A stretch of 62,491 nucleotides of DNA, filler included. It is 4 parts of 4 records of this genome, joined end to end, with 100 filler letters (N's around TTAATTAATTAA, not from the genome) between each part and the next. Parts side by side here need not be neighbours in the genome. Positions count along the whole stretch, not along the records: positions 1 to 21,558 come from SRR31156797_12383; 3 more parts are not named here. One strand, given 5' to 3'. The translations under genes and the position numbers were made by a program. The notes beneath the pieces are model-generated. The model was not told where the DNA came from and did not search any database. It saw only the letters and a list, made by a program, of their open reading frames with translations. Shown in pieces: positions 9,953 through 20,313 of this stretch (the first letter of the stretch is position 1; the number at the start of each line of letters is the position of its first letter).

Positions 9953-12549
9953 TTTTCCTCCGGGCCAAACGGCAATCGAACGACAAAGGTCGTCCCCTCA
10001 CCAGGTTCCGTTAATACATCGATATTGCCGCCATGCATGTTGACCACAACATTATGCGCAATAGCCAATCCCTGTCCCGTCCCCTTGCCAACGTCCTTTG
10101 TGGTAAAAAACGGATCAAAAATCTTATCAATAACATCCTGTGGGATACCAGTTCCCGTATCTGACACTTCCAAGACAGCCATATCTCCAGACTGATATGT
10201 TTTGATAAAGATTACACCCTGTTCATCATTGGTCTCCTTCTTTTTCTCAATGGCATGTGCGCCATTAATAATAAGATTGAGGACGACTTGTCCCACTTCT
10301 CCCTTGAGACAATAAACAGCAGGGAGGTCCTCATCATATTCGGCTTTGACTTCAGCTACATACTTCCATTCATTGGCGGAAACCGTCACCGCATCCTTGG
10401 CGATCTCATTTAAACGATGATAGCTTTTATTCATCTCTCCCGGATGTGCCAACTGCTTCACGGATCGAACAATTTCCGCCACACGTTTAAGCCCGGATTC
10501 AGACTCGGTGAGGGCCTGTGGAATATCTTCTTTGAGATATTCCAACTCTTTTTCATCAAGAAGATTCTCCGCAAGCTCATGGAGGGAAGCACACGAAATT
10601 CCCTCCTCCATCGCCAACACCTTTTCAATAAGCTTTCGACATTGGTCGAGCATTTTTTCATAGGTGACAAAGGAATCCTTAAGGAATTGTATATTACTGG
10701 AGACATACTGTGTCGGCGTATTGATTTCATGGGCGATACCCGCAGCAAGCTCACCAATGGATTCCAGCTTTTGCGACTGTCTCAACTGCGCTTCTATAAT
10801 AAGTTGATCAGAAATATCTCTGGCAACACCGACGTAACCGATAATACTGCCCTGATCATCCCGAATAGGCCCAATGCTAAACTCCTGCGTATACCTTTGC
10901 CCATTCTTCTTAAGATTCAAAGAGCGCCCGCTCCAAACATTACCACTTGTCACAGTCTCCCATAAATCTTCATAGAAGGCGGCGTCCTGTTCTCCACTGT
11001 TCAAGATTCGGGGATTTTCACCGACGACCTCTTCGCGTTTGTACCCTGTCATTTCTTCAAAAGCTGGATTTACATACGTAATATTCGCTCTTAAATCAGT
11101 AATGATGACCATTTCGCCGGCCTGTTCAATAGCTGCGGACAAACGACTTTTGGCAAGCTCGGCCTCTTTGATCTGTGTTATGTCAGTAAAGGTGAGAACA
11201 TTACCGACGATATCGTTATTGGAGTTTTTCAATTCAACAATTTGACCAAGAACCCAAAACACTTCTCTCTTATTTGAAAGCATCCTCAATTCTCTTCGCC
11301 GTTTACTCACCCGCGACGAAGAGAACCAACTATCAAGAATAGATATACGCTCATCAGGATGAATACGTTGTATCCATCCCCGTCCAGACAGTTCAACAGA
11401 GCTTGCCCCCGTCAGCCGGTGCATTTGTTCATTGGCATAAAGCAAATGCCCTTCCATATTCGTAATGACAATACCAACCGGAGAGGCTTTGGCAATCCCC
11501 CTGAAACGCTCTTCCACTTCACGGCGGGCAGCATTGGCAAGATGTTCGGACGTGCTGTCATTACCTATACAAAGAATCTCAACGGGTTCACCCTCTTCAG
11601 AAATGATACGAGCACCCCAAGATATCCATTTCTGGGTTCCATTAAAAAGGCGCACTTCCGTTTCATATTGAAATTTTTTACTCTTCACCATTCCCATCAA
11701 AATGTCCTGTGCTCCCACAGAAACATCTTTAACTATATATTGTAAAAAATCATGACCGACGAGACTTTCATTATCTTGAAAAAACATCATATTCGCATAG
11801 TTGTTAGCAAAAAGAACAACTCCATCTTCCCGGACCCTAAGGATAAGATTGCGAGCACCCTCAACCACATCTCGATAGGACTTCTCGCTTTGCTCGATTT
11901 CCTTGATAATAGGTTCACTCAACCTAAAAAAAATAAAAAGAAAAAGAAGGGTTAAAACAAGACCAACACCAAAAACAATCAAATTGGCCCGTATAAACGG
12001 AGCACGAATCTCCTCAATATCAATTTTAGCAACTAAACCGATAACACCAAATTGCAATGAAATAGTTGTGTATGCAGCCAGAACGTCCACACCCGAATAG
12101 TCCAAACCGATAATCGTACCTGATTCTCCGCTAAGAGCTTTTTTCATTGGGGTTGCATATGGACTAATCCATGGAAGGGATTTTATGGCCGCCCCATCTT
12201 CCACAATCCTACCATTCACAACAAGAAATTCAATGGTATCCCCGGACCGTTTGGCGATCGTAAATTCCCTGGAGCTACTTTCACTCTGAACATTTCTGTG
12301 CGCACGGCTCAAATGTTCCAGCAAGACGTCTATCGGATTTATTACTTTTCCTTCGGCCTCAAGTTGCATGGTTACCCAACTCAACTCGGCGGCAAGGCTG
12401 GCTTCACTTTCAACTACTTCAAACAACCGAGCCCGTTGCTCTCTAAGCGAGGTCTCGTAAAGATGCCATGAACTAAAAACGGAAACCACTCCCACAAGTA
12501 GCACCATCAAAGCGGCAAGCAGCAAAAACCGTTTTTTCCTTCTCAGCAT
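9949..12549 (-). CDS. Membrane multi-PAS sensor histidine kinase
   Basis: Two TMs, three PAS domains, AAGIAHEINTP, FDPFFTTK, GTGQGL. Confidence 0.93.
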   Translation of the reverse strand: MLRRKKRFLLLAALMVLLVGVVSVFSSWHLYETSLREQRARLFEVVESEASLAAELSWVTMQLEAEGKVINPIDVLLEHLSRAHRNVQSESSSREFTIAKRSGDTIEFLVVNGRIVEDGAAIKSLPWISPYATPMKKALSGESGTIIGLDYSGVDVLAAYTTISLQFGVIGLVAKIDIEEIRAPFIRANLIVFGVGLVLTLLFLFIFFRLSEPIIKEIEQSEKSYRDVVEGARNLILRVREDGVVLFANNYANMMFFQDNESLVGHDFLQYIVKDVSVGAQDILMGMVKSKKFQYETEVRLFNGTQKWISWGARIISEEGEPVEILCIGNDSTSEHLANAARREVEERFRGIAKASPVGIVITNMEGHLLYANEQMHRLTGASSVELSGRGWIQRIHPDERISILDSWFSSSRVSKRRRELRMLSNKREVFWVLGQIVELKNSNNDIVGNVLTFTDITQIKEAELAKSRLSAAIEQAGEMVIITDLRANITYVNPAFEEMTGYKREEVVGENPRILNSGEQDAAFYEDLWETVTSGNVWSGRSLNLKKNGQRYTQEFSIGPIRDDQGSIIGYVGVARDISDQLIIEAQLRQSQKLESIGELAAGIAHEINTPTQYVSSNIQFLKDSFVTYEKMLDQCRKLIEKVLAMEEGISCASLHELAENLLDEKELEYLKEDIPQALTESESGLKRVAEIVRSVKQLAHPGEMNKSYHRLNEIAKDAVTVSANEWKYVAEVKAEYDEDLPAVYCLKGEVGQVVLNLIINGAHAIEKKKETNDEQGVIFIKTYQSGDMAVLEVSDTGTGIPQDVIDKIFDPFFTTKDVGKGTGQGLAIAHNVVVNMHGGNIDVLTEPGEGTTFVVRLPFGPEEN

Positions 12550-12566
12550 CCAACCCTCACCTTCGG

Positions 12567-13064
12567 TTATTCATCGTCAGATGAATCGGTAGCACTGTTG
12601 TCCTTCTCCTCTGCAACGTCAGACGCATCATTCTCTTTAGATTTCTCTGCTTCATCAAAAGCGACAATATACGTTGCAAAATCTCGATCAAAAGTAAGGA
12701 TATGACCCAGCAACCAATCTTTCATAAAGTCGAGAACTTCTTCAGCATTCACATTTTCATTTTTATACAATTGTCGCTGATAATTTTTCACCGAAAGCTT
12801 CAGTCGCAAATGTTCCGCCGCATGCTGCCCGCGTTCAGGAAACCGCATCTGTTCCATCATTGCTTCTTCATTCGAAAAATGAAAAACAGTATACTCCCGA
12901 AGCTTCTGCACGACGTTCTGAATCGTCCGCTTTCCACGCCCAATAGACACGGCATTGATCAACCCATTCGCGATTCTGATAAGCTCTTTGTGTTGCTCAT
13001 CAACATCCTTCTGCCCAAGACTCAACTCAGGACTCCACTTCAATCTACTCACTTGATTTTCCAT
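12567..13064 (-). CDS. Bacteriohemerythrin
   Basis: W..ELSLG..VDEQH, HFSNEE, HAAEH and WLLGHILTFD di-iron ligands. Confidence 0.92.
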   Translation of the reverse strand: MENQVSRLKWSPELSLGQKDVDEQHKELIRIANGLINAVSIGRGKRTIQNVVQKLREYTVFHFSNEEAMMEQMRFPERGQHAAEHLRLKLSVKNYQRQLYKNENVNAEEVLDFMKDWLLGHILTFDRDFATYIVAFDEAEKSKENDASDVAEEKDNSATDSSDDE

Positions 13065-13185
13065 GCCCTGTTGAAAATTATTCCACTATCCCAACAGTAC
13101 GTAAAACGACGCAAAAAGACAATTTTTTCGACAACGTCCTTCATATGCATACTGATCAAGATACCCTCAAGCGGCAAAATCCAAC

Positions 13186-13222
13186 AAAAAAAACCCTTAC
13201 AGTATAATGCAAGGGCTTTTTT
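13186..13222. terminator. Probable bidirectional intrinsic terminator
   Basis: A-run, CCCTTACA...TGCAAGGG stem, T-run, located downstream of the phnA-like gene. Confidence 0.6.
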
Positions 13223-13283
13223 GAGGGTGGCAAATTGCCAAATTCTTCAATTTTTTTCAGCGGCTCTATTCACCGCCTCAGAG

Positions 13284-13622
13284 TCATGAACTTTTTTTAA
13301 CGACCGATGTCTTGAGCATCATTGAGCCGAATCCCGGGATCTTACAGGAAATGTCATGAATACCATCTTCTGGCTCCACCAGCCTGATATTCTTGACCTT
13401 TGTACCCTTCTTGATGTCAGAGGATGCACCTTTAACCTTTAAGGTCTGAGTAACGACAACAGTGTCCCCATCGACCAGAACATTACCATTGGCATCTTTG
13501 TAGACTTTTTCTGCCACGTCTTCGGCTTGAAACTCAAAACTGCATTCCGGGCAAACAAGAATGCTGCCATCAAAATACACATACTCACACTGACACTTCG
13601 GACAATTCGGTATATTTTCCAT
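13284..13622 (-). CDS. phnA: PhnA/YjdM zinc-ribbon protein
   Basis: CPKCQCEYVYFDG...CPEC, KDANGNVLVDGDTV, LKVKG...KKGTKVKNIRL. Confidence 0.9.
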   Translation of the reverse strand: MENIPNCPKCQCEYVYFDGSILVCPECSFEFQAEDVAEKVYKDANGNVLVDGDTVVVTQTLKVKGASSDIKKGTKVKNIRLVEPEDGIHDISCKIPGFGSMMLKTSVVKKSS

Positions 13623-13758
13623 AATTTCCCAACTGGTTGTTGTTATCCATTTTTCTTAAAAGGGCGCAATACATTAAATGGGCATACTCATCAAATCATA
13701 AAAAACAGTCGACAACCGCGCTATACACAGTCTCACCCGTTTCTTCTAATTATGATTT

Positions 13759-15048
13759 TTAGAAATCGTACACCTGCAAAAGTAAATCTGTTTGCGTCAC
13801 AACTCCGACCAACTCGTCCCCGTCAACCACAGCGAGTAATCCTTCCTTTGCCTTGGTCATAAGAAGAACGGCCTCTCGGCAGCAAGTGCTTGGGGCAAGC
13901 TTCGAAATATTGCGTCTGGCGTAACCTTTGACCGGAACATTGGCCCGACCACTTTTTTCCGCTTTTGCGCAATCCATCACCGACAACCCACCAATCAAAG
14001 TCATCTTTTCGCAGATCATCAATCCTGAAATCTTTTTGAGGGAAAGCTTTTCGGAAGCTTGAGCCATGGTTGCGTCAGCTTCCACGATAAATTTGGCCGG
14101 ATCGGACATAACCGCACGGACCTCGGTCGCATCGTTACAAGCACGGTCTATAAGAGATTGAACCTGCATGGCAGCTTCTGCCGGACTGGCATCCTTGATG
14201 ATTGCAGAACCGGCACCCGGATGACCGCCGCCGCCCAATGTCCGCATTATTTGTCCGATGTCGATGAACTGAGGCTTACCCCGTCCAATAACCATGCACT
14301 TTTGCGAGTCAGACTGGAATATGCCAAAAGCAGCATCTACTCCTCTGAATTCTCTGAACTTATTAACAAGCGAGGAAAGAGATGTCATACCGTTGTTAAT
14401 TGTCAAAGCGCAAATTCCCACGCTCACGGTACCAACATTGATGATTTCCGACTCTTCAAGAATCCTCCCAAAAAGTTCGGTGTGAGCATCGTCCATAGCA
14501 TCATCCAAATACGCTGATACCACGTTGAGATCGGCACCATTTTCGATGAGATAACTCACCATGGCCGCATCCCTGCCCGTTACACAAGGATAGCGAAGAC
14601 ACCCTGTATCGGAGTAAATACCGAGAAGGAAAAGTGTTGCATGCATGGGGGACATCGGAGTGTCGCGTTCTTGCATCTTTTCCAGGAGCAGAGTCACTGC
14701 CGCACCAACTTCTTCACGATGGGTTTCACTGCTGTCAATGGTCACGCCTTCCATGTGATGATCCCAACAAATGACTTCAAGATCCTCTCTTTCCGCAAGA
14801 GAATCCATCTTGTCCAAACGCTTCCAGTTGTTGGCATCGACCACAATAAGAGAAGTCACTTCATCAAGATCAAACCCTTTTCTGGGGACAATTCTCAAAA
14901 TATTTTGATGGATTGCCAAAAACTGCTTCACTTCGGGATTGACCATGCTGGGGAGCACTCCAACGGCTCCCGGATAAAGAAACGTACAGGCAACAACTGA
15001 AGCCAAGGCATCAAAATCAGTCCGAGTATGTGTGGTAACAAATTGCAT
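13759..15048 (-). CDS. DHH/DHHA1 phosphoesterase with C-terminal CBS pair
   Basis: THTRTDFDA, VVD, WDHH, GIYSDTG, GGGGHPGAGSA, then CBS repeats. Start ATG 15048. Confidence 0.88.
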   Translation of the reverse strand: MQFVTTHTRTDFDALASVVACTFLYPGAVGVLPSMVNPEVKQFLAIHQNILRIVPRKGFDLDEVTSLIVVDANNWKRLDKMDSLAEREDLEVICWDHHMEGVTIDSSETHREEVGAAVTLLLEKMQERDTPMSPMHATLFLLGIYSDTGCLRYPCVTGRDAAMVSYLIENGADLNVVSAYLDDAMDDAHTELFGRILEESEIINVGTVSVGICALTINNGMTSLSSLVNKFREFRGVDAAFGIFQSDSQKCMVIGRGKPQFIDIGQIMRTLGGGGHPGAGSAIIKDASPAEAAMQVQSLIDRACNDATEVRAVMSDPAKFIVEADATMAQASEKLSLKKISGLMICEKMTLIGGLSVMDCAKAEKSGRANVPVKGYARRNISKLAPSTCCREAVLLMTKAKEGLLAVVDGDELVGVVTQTDLLLQVYDF

Positions 15049-15269
15049 CGTATTGACTCTCCAGAGGTACGCATCATGGACGTTATTGTATTTTGCCCCC
15101 ACCATGTAACACAGTTGCAGGACACTGCAATCCACCCCAAAGTAAGGAAATCCAAAACCGCAGATAAAACAACGGCACAAACATACTCATCATTTGCTTA
15201 AAAATTATAATCAATATATCGCTATGATGAATAACCGGCTTTTATTGATAACTTTAATTTTATACCTCT

Positions 15270-16538
15270 ATGCGCACAATTGTACTTCTGTTTATTGCTC
15301 TCTTAACATTTCCCGCAAACCTTTTGGCTGCGGACGGCGTTGCGTACCCTTATGACGACCCCTTTCAGGCCACCGTGTATGGTACTCCGCCGGAACTTAT
15401 CCACGCAATAAAAGACCCCGTTAAGCCAAAACTGCGTTCGCTCCGTATCAAGAATAGACAAGTGCCGAGCGTCTTCTCCTACAGCGATGAGATGTACTAC
15501 AGTACCGCTTTGCAAGATGACGAGGCTCCGCTTATTTTCATCATCGCGGGCACAGGGGCCGAACACAATTCCTCAAAAATGACATTTCTGACTCAGGCCT
15601 TTTATCAGGCCGGGTACCATGTCGTGGCCCTTTCTTCGCCAACGCATATGAATTTCATTGTCAGTATTTCTGAATTCGCCGCACCGGGTTATGTGCCTCA
15701 CGATGTGGACGATCTTTACAGGGTAATGCTCTGGATCAAGAAAGAGATTGAAGAGGAGAGGGAAGTAACCGACTATTTCATCACGGGGTACAGTCTCGGC
15801 GCAATGCATGCCGCCTTTCTTACCCACAAGGATTCAGAACTCGGCGACTTCAATTTCCGAAAAGCACTCATGATCAACCCGCCCGTCAGTCTCTATCACT
15901 CTGTTGGCCGACTGGATTCATGGCTCACCCCCGAAAATCTTGGAGACAGGACGGAACACGAAGAGATCGAACGGCTCGTCAATATTTTCTCCAACTACTA
16001 TGAACGTGCGGACGTTACTGACCTCGACGACGATTTCATGTATGAAATGATTACGCATGTTAACCTGAAAGACGAAGACTTGCGCGCGCTCATCGCCGTG
16101 GACTTCCGGGTCTCGTCATCATCCATGATATTTTCTTCCGATGTCTGTTTGCAGGCCGGATATATAGTTCCCCCCAATGCTTACCCTCTCACGGCAGGCA
16201 CATCTCTCATGCCGTATGCCGAAGAAGCCTTCGACATCAGCTTTGAAGAGTACATGACAGAATTTCTTCTGCCCTATTTGCAGTATTTATATCCAACGAT
16301 GGATCGCTACGACATGCTCAAGAAATGCAGCCTGTATGACATCCGTAGCTATCTCAAAGAAACGGACAAGATTGTCCTTATCGGCAATCGTGACGACGTT
16401 ATACTTAATGAGCAAGATCTCTCTTTCATCAAAAATGTCTTCGGCAACCGCGCAAAATTATTTTATAGTGGCGGACATTGCGGCAACATAATGTTTGGTC
16501 CGTTTGTCGAATCCATGCTTGAGATGGTGAAGTCATGA
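15270..16538 (+). CDS. Exported alpha/beta hydrolase
   Basis: Signal peptide, GYSLG nucleophile elbow, C-terminal GGHCG. Confidence 0.75.
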   Translation: MRTIVLLFIALLTFPANLLAADGVAYPYDDPFQATVYGTPPELIHAIKDPVKPKLRSLRIKNRQVPSVFSYSDEMYYSTALQDDEAPLIFIIAGTGAEHNSSKMTFLTQAFYQAGYHVVALSSPTHMNFIVSISEFAAPGYVPHDVDDLYRVMLWIKKEIEEEREVTDYFITGYSLGAMHAAFLTHKDSELGDFNFRKALMINPPVSLYHSVGRLDSWLTPENLGDRTEHEEIERLVNIFSNYYERADVTDLDDDFMYEMITHVNLKDEDLRALIAVDFRVSSSSMIFSSDVCLQAGYIVPPNAYPLTAGTSLMPYAEEAFDISFEEYMTEFLLPYLQYLYPTMDRYDMLKKCSLYDIRSYLKETDKIVLIGNRDDVILNEQDLSFIKNVFGNRAKLFYSGGHCGNIMFGPFVESMLEMVKS

Positions 16539-17338
16539 TGCGACCCACAGCAGTCCTTCAATGCATCCTCGTATTCGCCTTGCTGTCGTTTCTCGGCGCA
16601 TGTGGCGCGGCCACGACAACTCATATTGAACCAGCTCTTGATCTTCCCGTTTCAAAATTTCAAACCACTGCCAATCATTGGCCGGAAGCCCGCCAGCATG
16701 ATCTGAAATTCATGGAAGTGTACGATCCATGGGAACCCATGAACCGCCATCTCTACAATTTCAACGCGGGGTTCGATGAGCATTTCATGCTCCCTGTCAC
16801 CTCCGGGTACGAAGCCGTGTTGCCTTCCCCTGTCCGGTCAGGTGTTTCCAACTTCATACAAAACGTGAATGAGCTTCCAACGCTTGTAAACTGTATATTG
16901 CAAGGTAAAATCGAAAAAAGCGCCATCACCTCGTCACGATTCCTCATCAACTCGACACTCGGTATCGCCGGAATCATGGACCTGGCCTCTGACAACCCCA
17001 ATTACGCGCTGCAAAAAGAAGATTTCGGGCAAACACTCGGTGTATGGGGCTTCGGTGACGGACCATATTTCGTCATGCCTATATTCGGCCCATCAAACGT
17101 GCGTGACACAGTCGGTTTCGGCGGAGATTTCATGCTCGTACTGATACAAATGAAACATATGTATAGACTGCTCGGAGTGAACAACCCCCAAACCGTCGGA
17201 TATGCTGAACTCGCTATTCGCGCTTTGAACAGACGATCAAACACAGCTTTCCGCTACCACGAAACAGGCTCGCCCTTCGAATATGAAATGATCCGTTTTA
17301 TTTACACAAAGAAACGCGAGCTGGATATCCAGCACTGA
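16535..17338 (+). CDS. mlaA: MlaA/VacJ family lipoprotein
   Basis: Lipobox LGAC, DPWEPMNR..YNFN, RFLINSTLG, EDFGQTLGVWG..GPYFVMP..GPSNVRD. Confidence 0.88.
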   Translation: MMRPTAVLQCILVFALLSFLGACGAATTTHIEPALDLPVSKFQTTANHWPEARQHDLKFMEVYDPWEPMNRHLYNFNAGFDEHFMLPVTSGYEAVLPSPVRSGVSNFIQNVNELPTLVNCILQGKIEKSAITSSRFLINSTLGIAGIMDLASDNPNYALQKEDFGQTLGVWGFGDGPYFVMPIFGPSNVRDTVGFGGDFMLVLIQMKHMYRLLGVNNPQTVGYAELAIRALNRRSNTAFRYHETGSPFEYEMIRFIYTKKRELDIQH

Positions 17339-17467
17339 TAATCTCGGCTTTCATCACAAGAGTCCGAACATGACAGTTCACTACCTTCATGATCTCGGAC
17401 TCGATGAAACAAGGGAGGCTATCGAAGGGGCCTTATAAGCCAAAACTAAGCTAGGAAGTAGACCAAG

Positions 17468-17496
17468 GGTCGGGACGAGAGTTCCGACCATTTTTT
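17468..17496 (+). terminator. Intrinsic terminator
   Basis: GGTCGGGAC-GAGA-GTTCCGACC hairpin followed by ATTTTTT. Confidence 0.7.
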
Positions 17497-17599
17497 GTTT
17501 CACCAATGGACATAAGCAGTGTTTACATATAGAAGATTATAAAAACAAGTAACCACCTGAGCCTCTTACATTATTAGACCATCAAAGTAGGTATTCTCC

Positions 17600-19798
17600 A
17601 TGCTCAACAATATCCGAATCCGAAACGCAGCGAGCTATGAAGACAACGAGCAAACACTCTCAGACCTCAACATAGTCAACTTCGTCTATGGTGATAATGG
17701 CAGCGGGAAAAGTACTATTGCAAAGCTAGTTGATGATGACGAAGCCCCAATGTTTGAGGATTGCAACCTTGATTGGCAAGCACCTGGGTCAGTCAACGCT
17801 CTTGTGTATAATAGAGAGTTCATTGATGACACCCTTAGAGAAACGAAGGTGAAGGGAGTGTTCACTTTCGGTGAAGGTGCAGGCCCAAAACAAGATCAAC
17901 TTGAAAAACTTCTTGAGCAAAGAAAAGAATGTGACACAAAAATTGGAAGTCATACAAAGACATTAGTTGGAAAGTCAGAAACTCTTGAAAAAGAACAAAA
18001 CGATTTTCGAGAAAAGTGTTGGAATATACACAAACAACACAAACCGCATTTCGGTGTTGCCTTTAAAGGCTTCAGTGCATCGAAGGATAAGTTTAGGGAT
18101 AACTGCATCCAACATATTAATAAGACGACGAACCCAACGCTTGAAGACTTAAAAAAGCAGGCTTCAACTTTCTTTTCGGCCCAACCTGAAAAGTTAATCC
18201 AACTACCTGTGATAAGCGGCAAGATATTTTCAACGCTTGAAAATGCGGCAATATTCAAAGCCAAGATCGTTGGTAAAGAGGATGTTCCGATTGCAGAAGT
18301 AATTAAAGCCCTAGGGAATAGTGACTGGGTAAGACAAGGGTTGAATTACTATGACGGTCAAACATGTCCTTTCTGCCAACAAAAAGCACCCGACACACTT
18401 AAAGAAGACCTAGAAGCTTACTTTGACAAATCATACACTCAACAAGTGGAAGAGTTAAGTACGGCCATTGAACAATACAAAGCCCATTTTAAAGTAACCA
18501 TCGAAGTTATTGAGGGACTCCGGCAATATGATAGCAAGGAATTCGCCTTTTCCTCCATTGAACCAGTTCTCAAAACAATCATCGCCAAATTCGAGAAGAA
18601 CAGTGAATTGTTAGATAGAAAGCACCGTGAACCTAGCACACCACTCGACCTTGACTTAATATCCACGGACATAGAGTTACTAAATTCATCCCTCGATGAG
18701 ATTAGAAAACGAATCGCTGAATTCAATCGACGAATTGACAATTTCAAAGAAGAAAAGAAAAAGCTAGTTAGCGAAGTATGGGCCTTCATTGGTTCAGAAA
18801 CTAAACTTCATTATGATGAGCATACAAAACGCACAGCCCCACTGAATGCAGCAATCAAAGGGATAAAGGAAAGAATCGGTAATCAACAAAAGATTAAGGA
18901 AACAATAAACATAGAACTTGCAGAGGTTGAAAAAGACCTCACAAGTATTGCCCCCTCGAAGGAAGAGATTAACAGCATCCTTAATTCATTTGGTTTTGAC
19001 AACTTTAGCATCGAAGAAGAAAAGGACGAGGGGTATTATCAAATCAAAAGAGCTGACGGCTCTTTTGCTCAAGAAACCTTGAGTGAGGGAGAACGGACCT
19101 TTATAACCTTCCTCTATTTCTACCAGCTCATCCAGGGTAGCACTTCAAAGGATGGCATTTCCGAGCCTAGAATTGTCGTCTTTGATGATCCGGTCTCAAG
19201 TTTAGACAGTAAAATTCTCTTCATCGTAAGCACACTTATCCGAAGACTCTTTAATCATTCAACACTTGAGAAGCTAAACATCAAGCAGATCATCCTACTC
19301 ACTCACAACGTATACTTTCACAAGGAAGTTTCGTTCCCAAAGGGTTTGAAAAACCGCGAAAAAACTCACCTAAAAGAAAAAGATTTCAGCTATTGGATAG
19401 TTCGAAAAAACAATGGAGTTTCCGAAATCACCCCCTACGAAGAGAACCCTATCAAAACGAACTACCAACTACTGTGGCAAGAAGTAAAACGCTGCAAAGA
19501 AAAGCCTGCTGCAAACATCAATATCTGCAACACACTTCGTAGAATCTTAGAGAACTACTTCACTGTGTTGGGAGGGTATGACCTTAATTCGTTAGCAGAG
19601 GAATTCGAAGGACAAGAGATGTTTGTTTGCAGATCACTGACATCTTGGATTCAAGATGGATCACATTGTATGTCTGAGGGGATAGATATTGGATTTGGTC
19701 AAGACCTGTCAGACCACTACCTTCCTGTCTTTGAAGCCATCTTCGAAAAAACCAACCACAAGAGTCATTACGACATGATGATGGAGTCATGTGGTTAG
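17600..19798 (+). CDS. rloC: RloC-like (AAA_13) ABC-ATPase / zinc-hook / HEPN anticodon nuclease
   Basis: Walker A GDNGSGKS, coiled coil with CPFC zinc hook, signature LSEGE, Walker B/D-loop FDDPVSSLD, H-loop LTHN, C-terminal NTLRRILE...DGSH. Confidence 0.78.
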   Translation: MLNNIRIRNAASYEDNEQTLSDLNIVNFVYGDNGSGKSTIAKLVDDDEAPMFEDCNLDWQAPGSVNALVYNREFIDDTLRETKVKGVFTFGEGAGPKQDQLEKLLEQRKECDTKIGSHTKTLVGKSETLEKEQNDFREKCWNIHKQHKPHFGVAFKGFSASKDKFRDNCIQHINKTTNPTLEDLKKQASTFFSAQPEKLIQLPVISGKIFSTLENAAIFKAKIVGKEDVPIAEVIKALGNSDWVRQGLNYYDGQTCPFCQQKAPDTLKEDLEAYFDKSYTQQVEELSTAIEQYKAHFKVTIEVIEGLRQYDSKEFAFSSIEPVLKTIIAKFEKNSELLDRKHREPSTPLDLDLISTDIELLNSSLDEIRKRIAEFNRRIDNFKEEKKKLVSEVWAFIGSETKLHYDEHTKRTAPLNAAIKGIKERIGNQQKIKETINIELAEVEKDLTSIAPSKEEINSILNSFGFDNFSIEEEKDEGYYQIKRADGSFAQETLSEGERTFITFLYFYQLIQGSTSKDGISEPRIVVFDDPVSSLDSKILFIVSTLIRRLFNHSTLEKLNIKQIILLTHNVYFHKEVSFPKGLKNREKTHLKEKDFSYWIVRKNNGVSEITPYEENPIKTNYQLLWQEVKRCKEKPAANINICNTLRRILENYFTVLGGYDLNSLAEEFEGQEMFVCRSLTSWIQDGSHCMSEGIDIGFGQDLSDHYLPVFEAIFEKTNHKSHYDMMMESCG

Positions 19799-19811
19799 CA
19801 GGAGAAAACGA

Positions 19812-20312
19812 ATGGTATACTTAATTGGATGTTACCATCGGCACCAGTGGTTTGGAATCAAAGAAAGCAAACACCCTGTCGAGCTGATGAACTACATAGA
19901 AGGATTTTTAGAAGATCATGAGATTGATCTTATCGCAGAAGAGTTCAACGAGGATTGCATAGACTTCTCGGTCAAAAAGATTGTTTGTGTCGAAGTGGCT
20001 GCCAATCACGAGATCGATCACAAATATATTGAACCTACATACGATGAACGAGCAGAGAATGACATCTTGGGAGAAGATGGATTGCTCGAAAAACAAAAAG
20101 AAAACCATTGGTCAGATGAAGAGCTTCAAAAGTACATTGATGAAGACTTCGCTAAACGGGAACGGTTTTGGCTTAATACTATCGGAGAAGACTATAATAA
20201 TGAATCTGATATCTTAGTAGTATGCGGCAACAAACATGTCGATAGCTTTGGGAGCCTACTCAACGAAGAAGGATATGGAACTGAAAATATAGCAAACTTT
20301 GACCTAAGCTAA
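19812..20312 (+). CDS. Hypothetical acidic protein with TIKI/TraB/EreA-like catalytic motif pattern
   Basis: LIGxxH, IAEE, RExxW, LVVCGxxH. ATG 19812 follows GGAG. Confidence 0.5.
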   Translation: MVYLIGCYHRHQWFGIKESKHPVELMNYIEGFLEDHEIDLIAEEFNEDCIDFSVKKIVCVEVAANHEIDHKYIEPTYDERAENDILGEDGLLEKQKENHWSDEELQKYIDEDFAKRERFWLNTIGEDYNNESDILVVCGNKHVDSFGSLLNEEGYGTENIANFDLS

Positions 20313-20313
20313 C

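Noticed and set aside
13186-13230. Hairpin resembling the tRNA-adjacent one at 21492 as a second att site
   Set aside because: Similarity is limited to the CCCTTACA/AAGGGCTT stem and GTGGC with no tRNA 3' duplication, and the intervening genes include housekeeping ones; it is more simply a terminator.
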